Shown: piece after piece, positions 48,065 through 61,418 of the stretch
How the letters are laid out: each line of letters starts with the position of its first letter
How positions within the stretch are numbered: position 1 is the stretch's first letter
Assembly (NCBI RefSeq): GCF_006345805.1
Contig: NC_042998.1
Span: forward strand, 57,970,001 to 58,034,000
Length of the DNA stretch: 64,000 nucleotides
From: Octopus sinensis
Lineage: Eukaryota
Direction: 5' to 3'
The notes under the pieces: model-generated
The model's input: the letters and a program-made list of their open reading frames with translations, nothing else
Told to the model about the DNA's origin: nothing
The model's database searches: none
Made by a program: the position numbers and the translations under genes

Positions 48065-51000
48065 TGTATGTATGTATGTATGTATGTATGTATGTATGTA
48101 TTGTTGTTACTGTGAAGTGTAGGATATGTTATATAACTTACCTGAAATAAAGCAATTCAAAACTAAAAATAACTGCTAATCTACATCAACCATGAATTTT
48201 CCTGCTCATGCAAAGGAAAATTGCTAACCAATACATCACAAGTTGGTTCATTTTATCTATAGTTCTACGCATTTAGTTCAAAATGTAGCGGCACATATTT
48301 CATCCAGAATTAGCCTTGCAATATACATTTCCTAAAAGTTTAAATGATATATGTAGGTAGACATTCACACGTCCTTTTATAAGCACATACTTACAATAAA
48401 CATGCATACATACATAGAATCACTCAAGTATACACCTACACACATATGTTCTTCTCTCTCTCGCTTTATGTGCACATGTATACGTATATATATGTTATAT
48501 ATACGTATATGTACACATATATATATGTGTAAATATACATATATATATATATGTGTGTGTGTGTAGATATATATATATATATAAATATAGATACACACAC
48601 ATATATATACACATATACATACATACATACATATATGTATATATATATATATGATGTGTGTGTGTGCGTATTTATGTATGTATTTACATGTGTGAACATA
48701 TGCGAGTATGCTTGTGCGAATAAAATCTCACCTCGCGAATATATATACACACCTGCCATGTGTGAAAACTTCTGTAATTATTCCAACACAAATAGACCAA
48801 CATTCTTCATACCATATTATCTGCAGTCATGGCTACCCAACACACACGTCTGTCTTTCTATTGTCGTTCATTTTGTAATTACATCTCCAAAAATCCATTT
48901 CATCCACTATGCGCAATTCTTGCCCCAGTCACGTCAAAACAACTTGAAATAGCCTTCTCTTCACAGGTTACCTCCCTTCGTTGATTTGCAACTTACAGTC
49001 TAAACATCAAACCCCCATCAATGTCATCGTCGAATCCCCATCAACTTTATCTGTCTCAAGTACTAATTCCTCCCTAAGTTGTCTTTGTTGTTCGGGCTCC
49101 TCAGGTATTAGTTTGATTTGTACTTTAGGCGGCAGAATTAATGGTGTTGAGTTCCTCTACTTTTCATGTATTTCTGCTTTATTATTATTATTTTTTTATC
49201 AAGTTCCAAAAGAAAAATAAACTACAAATCAGACCAATTCCAGAGGAACCCGAACAATAAAAACAACTTAAGGAGAAATTAGCGCTAGAGAAAATGAAAA
49301 TAAAAATTGAGCTACTTAAACTTAGAGCATCGAATAACAATGAAGAAATGCACACCGAACTCAATAAACGTGTTGATGAACAACTTTTGGATATTGTTAT
49401 AAAACTATGGAAAGATGGCTGTGAGTCGGAAGAAATAAATTTCCTTCAGCGGTGTGAAAACAGTTAATTCCTTCCTTAGTTACGAAACTCAGTTTAAAAG
49501 AGACTATATTTCAGATAACACTTTCCGGAAAAAAATCTAATACAAATACATGTACAGAAATAAATAAGCATCCGACTAGATTAAACTATAAACATCTAAA
49601 AGAACACAAATACATAAAACTAACTTCTCACTTGGAAGTAAATCGGTCTTAATCTAAGAAAAGGAGCAATTTACTAATTAGATAAAAACTAGAAGAAACC
49701 AACCTAGGGTTAAGAGTAATTTTTCTCTCCAACAACTAGATACATCCAACGGACTTCTTCTATCCCTCATCGAAGAAACCTGACCTACGGAATTCCAGTC
49801 TATTTACCAAGATAGCACCGCCCTCCGCCCAGCATCTCAAACACAATTAAGAAACCTAACAATTTATACCAGCTACGAAACCCGAAATACGTACTTCCAA
49901 TCAATTTACCCAGACAGCAAAAACCAGCCTCCCAGCAATCTGAATATAATTAATAACACTGATACTTTCTATCAATCAAATTACAGTAAAGGTCTTTATG
50001 ACCGAGTGGAGAGAAACAGAGACACACGTTGGAACAAAAACATACACAAGAAACCGAAAGTAATTAATTTATGAAAGAAAACTGTCTCTGCAGCAAAAAT
50101 TAGTGTATCAGTATACTAGCTAAATTATGGAAATTTACCCCGACCCCATGAAGAACTAGCCAGAATGAAATTAAAGACAATATTTCGGAATTCTGCAGAA
50201 AACTACAACGCGCAAAAGTACAAACTGACTACAACAACGAAGATGAATCACTGGTTAAAAGTAGAACCAATTATCCCCCACCTAAGTGTAGGAATAAAAC
50301 GCTAGATGACTTCTGCGATCATATCCAAAATGTTCCAAATACTTTCTATAAGTGAAAACTTAATTCAGACCTCAACAATTTAGAATGGGAAAATCTAATT
50401 GAGCTACAAAACGACAAAACACTAAAGAAGCAGACAAAACACAAAACATTAAAGAAGCAGACTAAGGAAGTGTTGCAGTCCTGATACTACAAAAACCTAA
50501 TATTATCCATGATATAAAACGTTACCTTCTACGAAAAAGGTATAAATTATAAACAACAAAAAACAATGAAAAATCTTGCATCCTTAATTCATCCACATAG
50601 AAAAGACCTGACGGAAAAAGAAATAGATTAGAACACGAACATTAAATGCAAATCTAGTCTCTTTTTACAGGCTAGCTAAAATACACAAGAGCAAGAGAGT
50701 TAATGAATCCTGCAAACAATCATCCAGCAAATACATAGATATCCTAGCACCAGAAGATTTAGAGCTAAGATCCATTATAGCTGGCCCTTCCAGTGAAACC
50801 CATCACCTAAGCAATTTTCTAGGCGTATTACTGAAACACTTGCTGAAATACATCAAATGTTTTATTAGAGACGATCTAGATGTGTTTGAGCATCCACCAA
50901 AAATAAATAATGAAGAGATATTATTAGTTTCCTTCGATGTTATTAATCTTTACACCAATATCCGACATGACTATGGAATAGAAACAATAACATTCTGGCT

Positions 51001-51191
51001 GGAAAAGTTCTCTGAAGAACTTCCGGAACACATAAACCAGGTTTTTATTATTGAACAATTATTTCCTATTTGGCGACACGTAATATCGTCAATAATGCGA
51101 AATTGCGATGGGAACCAAAGCAGTCCCTATTCATGCGAACCTAATAATGGGATATTTTGAATTCACCATATATGAAGTGTTACTGTAAAAA

Positions 51192-51354
51192 TAGGCGCAG
51201 GGGTGGCTGTGTGGTAAGTAGCTTGCTAACCAACCACATGGTTCCAGGTTCAGTCCCACTGCGTGGCATCTTGGGCAAGTGTCTTCTGCTATAGCCCCGG
51301 GCCGGCCAATGCCTTGTGAGTGGATTTGGTAGATGGAAACTGAAAGAAGCCTGT

Positions 51355-51442
<88 letters not shown>

Positions 51443-51650
51443 TGTGTCTGTGTTTGTCCCCCTAGCATTGCTTGACAACCGATGCTGGTGTGTTTACGTC
51501 CCCGTCACTTAGCGGTTCGGCAAAAAGAGACCGATAGAATAAGTACTGGGCTTACAAAGAATAAGTCCTGGGGTTGATTTGCTCGACTAAAGGCGGTGCT
51601 CCAGCATGGCCGCAGTCAAATGACTGAAACAAGTAAAATAGTAAAGAGTA
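51192..51650 (+). mobile_element. Young full-length family B SINE inserted in the PLE RT
   Basis: Near-consensus copy that splits the RT between the GIAMG and YLDD motifs. Confidence 0.93.
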
Positions 51651-52785
51651 TCCATTTCACCATTATATAAGACAAAACTGGAAAAGATATCTGGATGACT
51701 GCTTTATCATTTGGATGGGACAATTGATAAACTTTTAGAATTTAACTCAATACTAAATAATATAAATCCTAACATTCAGTTTACAATGGAATATAGCAAG
51801 GAACAGCTCAATTTCCAAATTGTAACTGATACTTATCATAATCCAAAAGGACTCGAAATAATATCTTCTGTGCAGCTCATGTCACCCGAAACAAATCAAA
51901 TGTTATCTCCACTTTAATTTATCAAAATGAATTTGCGCAATATTGTCTGATGGAAATAACCGGGACCTCCGTCTTCAAGACCTCAAAGCAACACTAACTG
52001 AGAGACAATATCCACCCTCACTTACAGACAATGGAATTAAGCATGCCAAGAAATTAGGCATTAAAGCACTATGGGAAAGAAAACCTAACACTACACGACA
52101 TCTCGAAATGCGAAGCTTTACACAACAACCACGCAACCAATAGTAAAATATATGGACGTCCAAATTGTGAGACATGCCCCAAACTACAGGAAGGCTCGGA
52201 ATTTTGATTCAAACAAGATATAGCAGCACAATTAAAACCAACTTCACTTGTGCCCCCGAGAATCTAATGTATGTTATAACTTGTTCAGGTTGTGGACAGA
52301 ACTACATAGGACAGATAAGTATGGAATTTAGACGGAGAACCAGACTACAGAAGGAACGGACCTGTTTCTCACAATACATCAGATTCATTTGAGTGAACAC
52401 ATAACCAACCAAACTTCACAGTTTTTCCCATCTAACAGTGCAAAGAAACAATTTCTGTATAAGAACGTTTAAATAAAGAAAATATATTTATCGAAAAATA
52501 CAGAACACGCCTAAATTTGATCACAATTTATATTTTAATTCACATGCATATACATATCACTGTAAATATTTCATCTCACTACTCTAGCTTTTGAGCTTTT
52601 GTATAGTTATTTACTCCCCACCCCCCAAAAAAACTGAGCAATTACCTCTCTTGTTCCGAATAATAACGACCACCAATTACCTACCCTTAGATTTTACTAC
52701 CTGTTGATTCATTTCATTCACAAATCCCAATACACAACATGGACTAAAATCTTCTTAAGGAAATGCGAAATTCCAATAATTTCAA

Positions 52786-52818
52786 TGTCTTGATTAGCAA
52801 AAGCGAAACCGGTCGACA
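52786..52818 (+). ncRNA. Degenerate minimal hammerhead in the PLE 3' terminal repeat
   Basis: tgtc TTGATTA gc-aaaa-gc GAAA ccgg TC gaca: stems intact, palindromic ACCGGT, core C3U and G8U (probably inactive). Confidence 0.6.
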
Positions 52819-52899
52819 AACACAATGCTCTTTCACTTATAAAATATATTAAAAAAAATATTAAAACTATTTAAACTGTATGCATTTTCCTTCTCTTAT

Positions 52900-52979
<80 letters not shown>

Positions 52980-53151
52980 GCAATTTGATTTTGCTTCATA
53001 TGAGTTAAATCACAATCGGAAGACGAGTAATAGTTTGAGACAAATTAAAGATGGTTGCTGGTGAGGTTGCCGGTTTAGTCGCCGACGTCCCGACCCAGCG
53101 ACAGGTTGTACTGGATTACATGTTACCAGTAGCACTCAAGTGTGATCTGAC

Positions 53152-53436
<285 letters not shown>

Positions 53437-53457
53437 GGAGAGAGAGAAAAAGATAAA

Positions 53458-53498
<41 letters not shown>

Positions 53499-53529
53499 TG
53501 ATACAGATGTAGTCAATTCGAATAAACGA

Positions 53530-53685
53530 ACATTAAAAATAACAATAACACACAAGAGGAACGTCCAACAGGAATGTGTTAATTTGACATTCAGTAAAAA
53601 AGATAGAGCTTTTGACGTTTCGAGCATAGCTCTTCGTTGGAAAGGAAAAAGGGAAAAGGGGAAAACTGAAGAATGAAAAAATATC
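53530..53685 (-). mobile_element. Relative of terminal-repeat family X
   Basis: cttt CCAACGA a gagc-tat-gctc GAAA cg TC aaaag on the minus strand, 53609-53644. Confidence 0.5.
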
Positions 53686-54289
53686 ACGTGTGTGTGTGAG
53701 TGCGTGTATGTGTGTGTGTAAATAAAAATATATACTTGCATGTGCATATATATTGTTATACGTTAAATAGTTTCATATATGAAGATCTGATGTATGTTCA
53801 TAACATTTTATTATGAGAATGTGTCAAACAGATGCGATGTGACTTTAAAGATGTTAATATGGTGAGTTGTATCTTGAAAAATACTCACACACACATGTAT
53901 GTATGTATGTATGTATGTATGTATGTATGTATATATGTATGTATATATATATACATACACACACACACACATATACCTATTTTATATCATTATTTAATTG
54001 AAGGTCACGCAACCATTTCCATGCATGTATATATATATACATGTATGTGTATGTGTGTATGTGTGTGTGTGTGTGTGTGTGTGTTTGTGTTTGTGTGTGT
54101 GTTTTACTTTCAGCCTTGCGCTCCTGATGGAGTCTTAAATACACCATCGTACCATATCCCGTCTCTTCAACGATATTATCGAACGTAGCTCGTGAACCTC
54201 TCTCTCGCTCTCTTATCGAAGCCGCCTGCTTCCACTGTGTGATCGCATGTATGAGTGAATGAGCATGTATGTGTGTGAGTGAGAAAGCG

Positions 54290-54321
<32 letters not shown>

Positions 54322-55567
54322 TGGGTTGGTGCCTTTAAGAATGAGATGCAACTTCACCTTTGGTGGAATTTGAACCTAGAGCGCTGAAAGTCGTAATGAT
54401 TATTACATTCATATATCTGACTCTCTAGCTCTGTAATGCTTCTTCCAATTGCCTCTCTCTATTCCTTTCTTCCTCTCTCTCTCTTTCTCCCTATCACCCT
54501 ATTTATCTATTTATTTATCTATCTACTTATCTACCTATGTAAATATCTATCTTAGTAAAAAGTGATGTGGCAGAAAACAGTCTCTTTCCTTTCAACTGGT
54601 CTTGCTTCTTAAAATTAATATAGACAAACAGCCATATTTTATCAAAACAGATGTTTAAAACAGAGGCATATTTAAGATATTAATGCGGTGTACTTCTGCC
54701 GAGTATCTTTCATTGGCGTAGAAGTTAGAGTTTAAAAGTTTTGAAATATTTTCACTTTGAATGATTTCACAAGTTAGTGATATATAATATTATACATACG
54801 AGACGATAGAAGTGAATATACGTGCATTAATATGGATTTAGGTACTTGAACTGAAAAAGATTTTTTATATGGCCGCAGTCAAACGTCTGAAACAAAAACA
54901 AGAATAAAATAATATGACGCAAACATAGACGTATAGCTGATACTTCAAGAATTACTTAATATATATTTCTTCTTCATTTTAAACTCAACATTAAGAGCAT
55001 TAAGATGGATTAATATCATTTTCCGGATAAGCCGATTGACGCTGAAACTGCCAATCGTAATGGAACCGGTGGTTATGGCAGCCTTTAAATAAAATTGTCT
55101 ACGTCTTTGCATCGCGTTCAGTATTTCCCCTTTCCTCTTGAACCTAACATCGCAACATTTTTTTTTTTTTGCTCGGCATTCCTCGAAATTCTACGCCTCA
55201 TAAATGTGCTTGTATTTATTTTGATACTTGTTCACCCCTTTGATACTTGTTCACCCCCTTGGTACTTATTCCATCGGTGCCTTTTGCCGAACTGCTAGCT
55301 TACGCAGACAGTAAACAAGCAATACCAGTTGCCAAATCTTGGTGGTGAGACATGTACACACACACACACACACACACACCGCTATGAACAGTCATAATCG
55401 CGACGACTAACATCAGATACGTATTAGTCATTGGACTGTTGCCATGCTGGGTAATACTTTGAGTGTTAAGTATTTATTTAATCGGTCTCTAAGTACCGAG
55501 GACATAAACAAACCAACTATAATGTGATGACAATCACAAATACATTGACAGAAATGTGTATATCCAT

Positions 55568-56725
55568 ATAAGGCGGCGAGCTGGCAGAAACTTTAGCACG
55601 CTGGGCGAAATGCGTAGCCGTACTTCGTCTGCTGTTACGTTCTGAGTTCAAATTCCGCCGAGGTCGACTTTGCCTTTCATCCTTTCGGGGTCAATTAAGT
55701 AAGTACCAGTTACGCACTGGAGTCGATGTAATCGACTTAATCCGTTTGTCTGTCCTTGCTTGTCCCCTCTGTGTTTAGCCCCTTGTGGGTAGTAAAGAAA
55801 TAGGTATTTCGTCTGCCGTTACGTTCTGAGTTCAAATTCCGCCGAGGTCGACTTTGCCTTTCATCCTTTCGGGGTCGATTAAATAAGTACCAGTTACGCA
55901 CTGAGATCGATGTAATCGACTTAATCCCTTTGTCTGTCCTTGTTTGTCCTCTCTGTGTTTAGCCCCTTGTGGGTAGTAAAGAAATAGGTATTTCGTCTGC
56001 CGTTACGTTCTGAGTTCAAATTCCGCCGAGGTCGACTTTGCCTTTCATCCTTTCGGGATCGATTAAATAAGTACCAGTTACGCACTGAGATCGATGTAAT
56101 CGACTTAATCCGTTTGTCTGTCCTTGCTTGTCCCCTCTGTGTTTAGCCCCTTGTGGGTAGTAAAGAAATAGGTATTTCGTCTGCCGTTACGTTCTGAGTT
56201 CAAATTCCGCCGAGGTCGACTTTGCCTTTCATCCTTTCGGGGTCGATTAAATAAGTACCAGTTACGCACTGAGATCAATGTAATCGACTTAATCCGTTTG
56301 TCTGTCCTTGTTTGTCCTCTCTGTGTTTAGCCCCTTGTGGGTAGTAAAGAAATAGGTATTTCGTCTGCCGTTACGTTCTGAGTTCAAATTCCGCCGAGGT
56401 CGACTTTGCCTTTCATCCTTTCGGGGTCGATTAAATAAGTACCAGTTACGCACTGAGATCGATGTAATCGACTTAATCCGTTTGTCTGTCCTTGCTTGTC
56501 CCCTCTGTGTTTAGCCCCTTGTGGGTAGTAAAGAAACAGGTATTTCGTCTGCCGTTACGTTCTGAGTTCAAATTCCGCCGAGGTCGACTTTGCCTTTCAT
56601 CCCTTCGGGGTCGATTAAATAAGTACCAGTTACGCACTGAGATCGATGTAATCGACTTAATCCGTTTGTCTGTCCTTGTTTGTCCTCTCTGTGTTTAGCC
56701 CCTTGTAGGCAATAAAGAAATAAGT
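55568..56725 (+). mobile_element. Family A SINE with its 3' 184 bp tandemly amplified six times, within a single 15-bp TSD
   Basis: Head 55571-55619; units start at 55620, 55804, 55988, 56172, 56356, 56540. TSD AATGTGTATAT(C/T)CAT at 55553-55567 and 56726-56740. Confidence 0.93.
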
Positions 56726-56744
56726 AATGTGTATATTCATTTAA

Positions 56745-56850
56745 CAAATTCTCTCACAAGTCACTATTGGCTATAACAAGACACATGCCATAAGTGCCGC
56801 GCAGTGGGTCTGAACCAGAAATCACGTGGTTGCAAAGCACACTTCTTAGC
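56745..56850 (-). mobile_element. 5' fragment of old family B SINE
   Basis: GTGCCGCGCAGTGGGTCTGAACCAGAAATCACGTGGTTG is the reverse complement of the head. Confidence 0.6.
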
Positions 56851-58314
56851 AATATATTAATGTCCGTCCATCGAAACCAGTGAAAATAATGCAAAATTTT
56901 GATTATGCATCAACGTCACCTGTCAGGAAGATTCTGCAGAATCCTTGCCTCATCCCTTTCCTCTGAAAAGTGGTAAAATTTCCACAGCATATGTTGTTAT
57001 TGCTAATGTTTTACCCGAGTGCATCCCTTATGTAAAAGCACATTTCATCATGGCTGTTACGCCTTTTCATATCAGTGGTAACATTGCTTAATATGTGCTA
57101 CATTTTAGACGCGTGTATGGTTTGAGGCATATCTAGTTGTTATTTCTAGCAGATAGAATATCACATTCTTCTTTGGTGTATTTAGAGTTATTTCACTAAC
57201 TTGTACCAATGACCTCATCTCTTCCAGTGGGTGTAATTTTCTTCACTAAAACGAGATGCAGATGTCACAGTGTCTTCTCTTTCCAGTAAAAACTCACAAT
57301 TTCTGCATAAAAATAATGGCTTCAGAACCTTAGTCGTTGGACGGTGTATTACAGTTATTGCGTTCTTGTGAGTGTCAAAGACCGATGTTGTTGCTATCTA
57401 TCCACAAGTTTAGTCATGTTTATGCACGCCTATGATCCAAAATGTTCTAATCAGCAGCTTTACGTATTCTACTGTGACAAATGCATCTAGGACTCACTAT
57501 AGGTATCTAACGTAGCCTGCATTCTTAAGATTGCTGCAGTGCACTGGTGTAAGAACGAGCAACTATTTCAAGCCTGTTCGTGCGACCACATAGTTGGTTA
57601 TTCCTCGGGTGTACATAAATCACCAGGGTACATAACCTTTTTGCCAGGGCCTAAACAAATGTTCTCTCAAACAAATTTTAGTGTCGATCTAATGATATCA
57701 ATAACAAGAATAAACTAAACAAATATTCTTGCATTCAATCATTGTTCCCTAAGTTAGATATCTTCCCAAAAAATTGCCGAATGGAAACAGAGTTCATATT
57801 AAACTGCCCAAACACAGATAAACACAAGGGAAAATCGAAATTTTGCAACGATTTTACTGAAAAATTTGTCATTTTGATGGGAGAAAATACTAGTAATTTA
57901 TATAACACTTTATAGAACAAAAGAAACTCTAACATTTTCGATATAAACTGACGCAAAGATTTGTGATTAAGAAGTTTACTTCATAGGTCATTCCGGATTA
58001 AACCCCTTTCCGACTGTAGTGTCTGATTGTCTAATAAATACCTTGTTGGTGAAACTTGATAGATGTAAACTGTGAAAAAGCCGTCATACACATAAAGATT
58101 ATGTCTGCGTGTGTGCGTATGCGTGTGTGCGTATGCGTGCGATAGATTTCCTATTTACATCTAGAAACGGTATATTTGTTAATGCTCTATTTTATTTTAA
58201 TGACTCGTTTCTAACAGTTCAATAAACAGAGGATAATAAACTAATTATCAGATTGGAATAAGTAGTGGGTCGGTGTAATCTAGTTGAGATGACTGGAAGA
58301 AGAGAATATTAAGT

Positions 58315-58470
58315 AGAAGATTGGCTTGGTTGATCAATTTCGCCATTGCATGGTGTTGAGTTTCAATTCCATAACGCAGCACATTCAGCAATTTTGATTT
58401 CCTATTTTAGCCTCCAATTGACCAAAGCTTTGTGAGTGAAAGTTCGACGTCGGAAACCTTTTAGTTTCCC
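58315..58470 (+). mobile_element. Very old family B SINE 5' module
   Basis: GACCAAAGCTTTGTGAGTGAA...CGGAAAC segment preceded by a degenerate head. Confidence 0.45.
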
Positions 58471-59838
58471 GTTCGATAAACCGTTGTATTAATCGATCAT
58501 TCAGCTTGTCACCAGCGTCATGGAAAGATTCGGTCAGATCTACTGTTGTGGTGTAGTGCTTTCGTCTCACCAGACTTGGATGGCCCTGCAAAATATCGCA
58601 GATGCTTATCTTATTTCTCTGACAAAACAAGGTATATTATGTGTGTGTGTGCTTCTATGTATCTGCCTCTGTGTGTGTGTGTGTGTGTTTCTATGTATGC
58701 GTCTGAGTGTGTGTGTGTCTGTGTGTGGTAGTACGTGTGTACGAACGAGCGTGCATACGTGCTATTTACGTATGCATGTATATATGTATATATATGTATT
58801 GGTTAGAAACAAGATGTTCCTTAAGATAGTATGAAGAAACTGTGATAATCTGACAGTTCATGTCTTTCGTGGTAATGCTTCCATGACAATACATTTCAAG
58901 AAACATGATCTTAAGTGTGATATTTCAGCATCACAAAGAATATTCACACTTACAAATATTCTGGAAACAGGGTTTCAATACTATCAAGCTCAGTGCTTCT
59001 CATACTTGTTTTTGTAGTTATCACCTTTTCTTTTACTAACAATTCTTCAACGTTCCTTCACTACTATTCATTCCACCGTGTTTATAATCTACGTACATGC
59101 AACATCAGGTCAGAGTAATTTGGTTCCGTGTTTGACATGGTTGACTGCTTACCACAGCAGCACTCTACAAAAACCGAATAATTTTTAAGCACTGGTGGTA
59201 TATATCAAGTCTTGATTTATCTCCTCAATCACATTTCGAAGTCAATGTTAATAAATATTGTTGATGTTGTAATTGCTATTGTGATTGTTGTTAAAAAACA
59301 GGTTATATTACTTTGAATATATTCTTTTGTAGCTAATATTTTAATAGGAGCCCAAAACTAAAAACTAAAAATTTTGTACATGCACCTCCTATCACCTCTT
59401 TGTCCCGTATACCCTCATAAAATGCTTACACACACCCTATAAGGCACTGACATTCACATTAAGAAGCATTGTTCTACTTTAACCTGTACCACTTTATATA
59501 GTATAGTTGTAACCGTAATTGGCATGACTGTCGTATCCTGAGTTTTACCAGTTATATATAGTGGCAAATATTCTTTCAGTTAAGTAAATATGATGTTTGA
59601 GAATTCTGTAGACATTATCTTACTCCTAATAGACTGAATCTTGTATAGGAATACAAGAGTTTTTATTCAAATCCCTTTTTCTATACCTCATTGTACGGAT
59701 GGATTGTAAGTTTAGTGACTGGTAAATAGTCGGCGCTAGACGTTCTAGTCAAGAGTAACTCACTTTTAAAACCTCCAAAATCTATGAGTAGAACGTCTAA
59801 ATCTCTGTTCGCCACGTTACTATTTCGAAATTTGATTG

Positions 59839-60172
59839 GTGCCTTGGGCAAGTGTCTTCTACTATAGCCTCGGGCCGATCAAAGTCATGTGGGTGGATTT
59901 AGTAGACGGAAACTGAAAGAAGCCCGTCGTATATATGTATACATATATGCATGTGTGTGTGTGTGTGTTTGTGTGTCTGTGTTTGTCCCCCGAACATCGC
60001 TTGACAACCGATGCTGGTGTGTTTACGTCCCCGTAACTTAGCAGTTCGGCAAAAGTGACCGATAGAATAAGTGCTAGGCTTACAAAGAATAAGTCCCCTG
60101 GTCGATTTGCTCGACTAAAGGCGGTGCTCCAGCATGGCCGCAGTGAAAATGACTGAAACAAGTAAAAGAGTA
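59839..60172 (+). mobile_element. 5'-truncated young family B SINE
   Basis: Begins at GGTGCCTTGGGCAAGT; complete 3' module and tail. Confidence 0.9.
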
Positions 60173-60998
60173 TATAGACTAACTTCGTGTTTACAGCTGA
60201 TTCCATTTCAATCCACTGAATTTACAAGACACCTTTATGATGCATAATATAAACAGTATATAAACCTTCTGAGATAAACCTCAGACTGTTAGGAGACTTG
60301 AAATAAAATGATTCTGACATCCACAGATTTCTCAAAGTTATTATTAACACTAGTGTATATGGTTGTACTTATAAAGTCATGAAGCTGTAGATATGACGTT
60401 CATCCCAATTATAAATGCCCTAGCAACAAGTGAATGAGTCAAAATGATGTTGGTATAGAGTATAATAGTTTATATTTGCTATAAATTAGAAAGTATTGTA
60501 TACAATAATAGTTTATAAAAGTGTAGTGTAAATTATAAACATTGCTCTCTAGATTTGCAGAGGCCATCTGTGTATACATTGGGTATATTCTGCAGAAAAT
60601 CCGGTTATCTGAAGGGAAATCTTCACGTCTCTGACATATTGTTGAAGATTATTGTCAATTATCCCTCTAGTATTTTCCTTTCAATTAAAATGGCGCCTGC
60701 AGCATGCCTCTATTCACGCATATCTTTTGTCATTCAAAATTCGTTTCTTTTTATTTGCAGACTTTCTGCAATCAGCAGCATAAATATTTCCATTTTGATT
60801 CAACATTCTTATTTGTAATTTGGTGGAAAGATAATACATAGCATATATGTTAGTCGTTGGCAAAGGTTATCAGCATCTCCTTTAAAACGATTTCAAAACG
60901 ATTTGGAAAAGATATATATTTATGACGTGATATTTATAGTATCCAAACAAGAATTTGCTGATGGATTTTACAGCTTGTCGATAAAGAGAAAATTTAAG

Positions 60999-61418
60999 GG
61001 ATCTGTTCGGTTTGAACGGCAGTTTTTTCTTGTGGTGTCATATGAAATTGTCACCCAAAATTATGACCCTAGTATCGATATATTGCATTTCAATCTGTTT
61101 TAGGGTTAGGGTTAGGGGTGGGAGGAAGGGTATCTTTTTTTACTTCACAAATGTAAATAAACCCAATCTGTTTCTTAAACGAGGGACATATTCATACGGC
61201 ACCGAATGTTTTTTTTTACCTCAATAGACGTCAGTGATTGGTTGAAATTGCAGAAATTGAAGAAAAAAACAACAAATATCTTACAAACTATAGAATTTTC
61301 TCAATAAAGTCACGAGAAAAGGATGTTTTATAAACACATTCTACCAGTATACGAAGTTTAACATTTTTTAGTTACCTAGAAATTATGTTAAAAACTGCCG
61401 TTCAAACCGAAAAGATCC
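60999..61418. mobile_element. 420-bp MITE with 28-bp TIRs, 8-bp TSD and internal TTAGGG motif
   Basis: TIR GGATCT(G/T)TTCGGTTTGAACGGCAGTTTT (27/28). TSD AATTTAAG at 60991-60998 and 61419-61426. Confidence 0.9.

Larger units (their letters stand above)
49130..52830 (+). mobile_element. Degenerate near-full-length Penelope-like element (RT + GIY-YIG), interrupted by a SINE
   Basis: LAKIHKSKRVNES...DLELRSIIAGPSSETHHLSNFL; LLVSFDVINLYTNI; GIAMGTKAVP; NWKRYLDDCFIIW; NINPNIQFTMEYS; NFTCAPENLMYVITCSGCGQNYIGQ. Hammerhead remnant in the 3' terminal region. Confidence 0.9.

Noticed and set aside
53045-53145. GC-rich island with an 84-aa ORF start
   Set aside because: About 100 bp only, runs into a microsatellite, and no family can be assigned.
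55620-56723. Regular 184-bp array as a CRISPR or RNA-gene cluster
   Set aside because: Units are near-identical throughout with no unique spacers, and they derive from a SINE body in eukaryotic DNA.
56880-57700. Possible old LINE or host exon sequence
   Set aside because: No interpretable reading frame or motif on either strand by eye.
61097-61125. Telomere or chromosome-fusion scar
   Set aside because: Only about three TTAGGG units, and they lie inside a TSD-bounded MITE.
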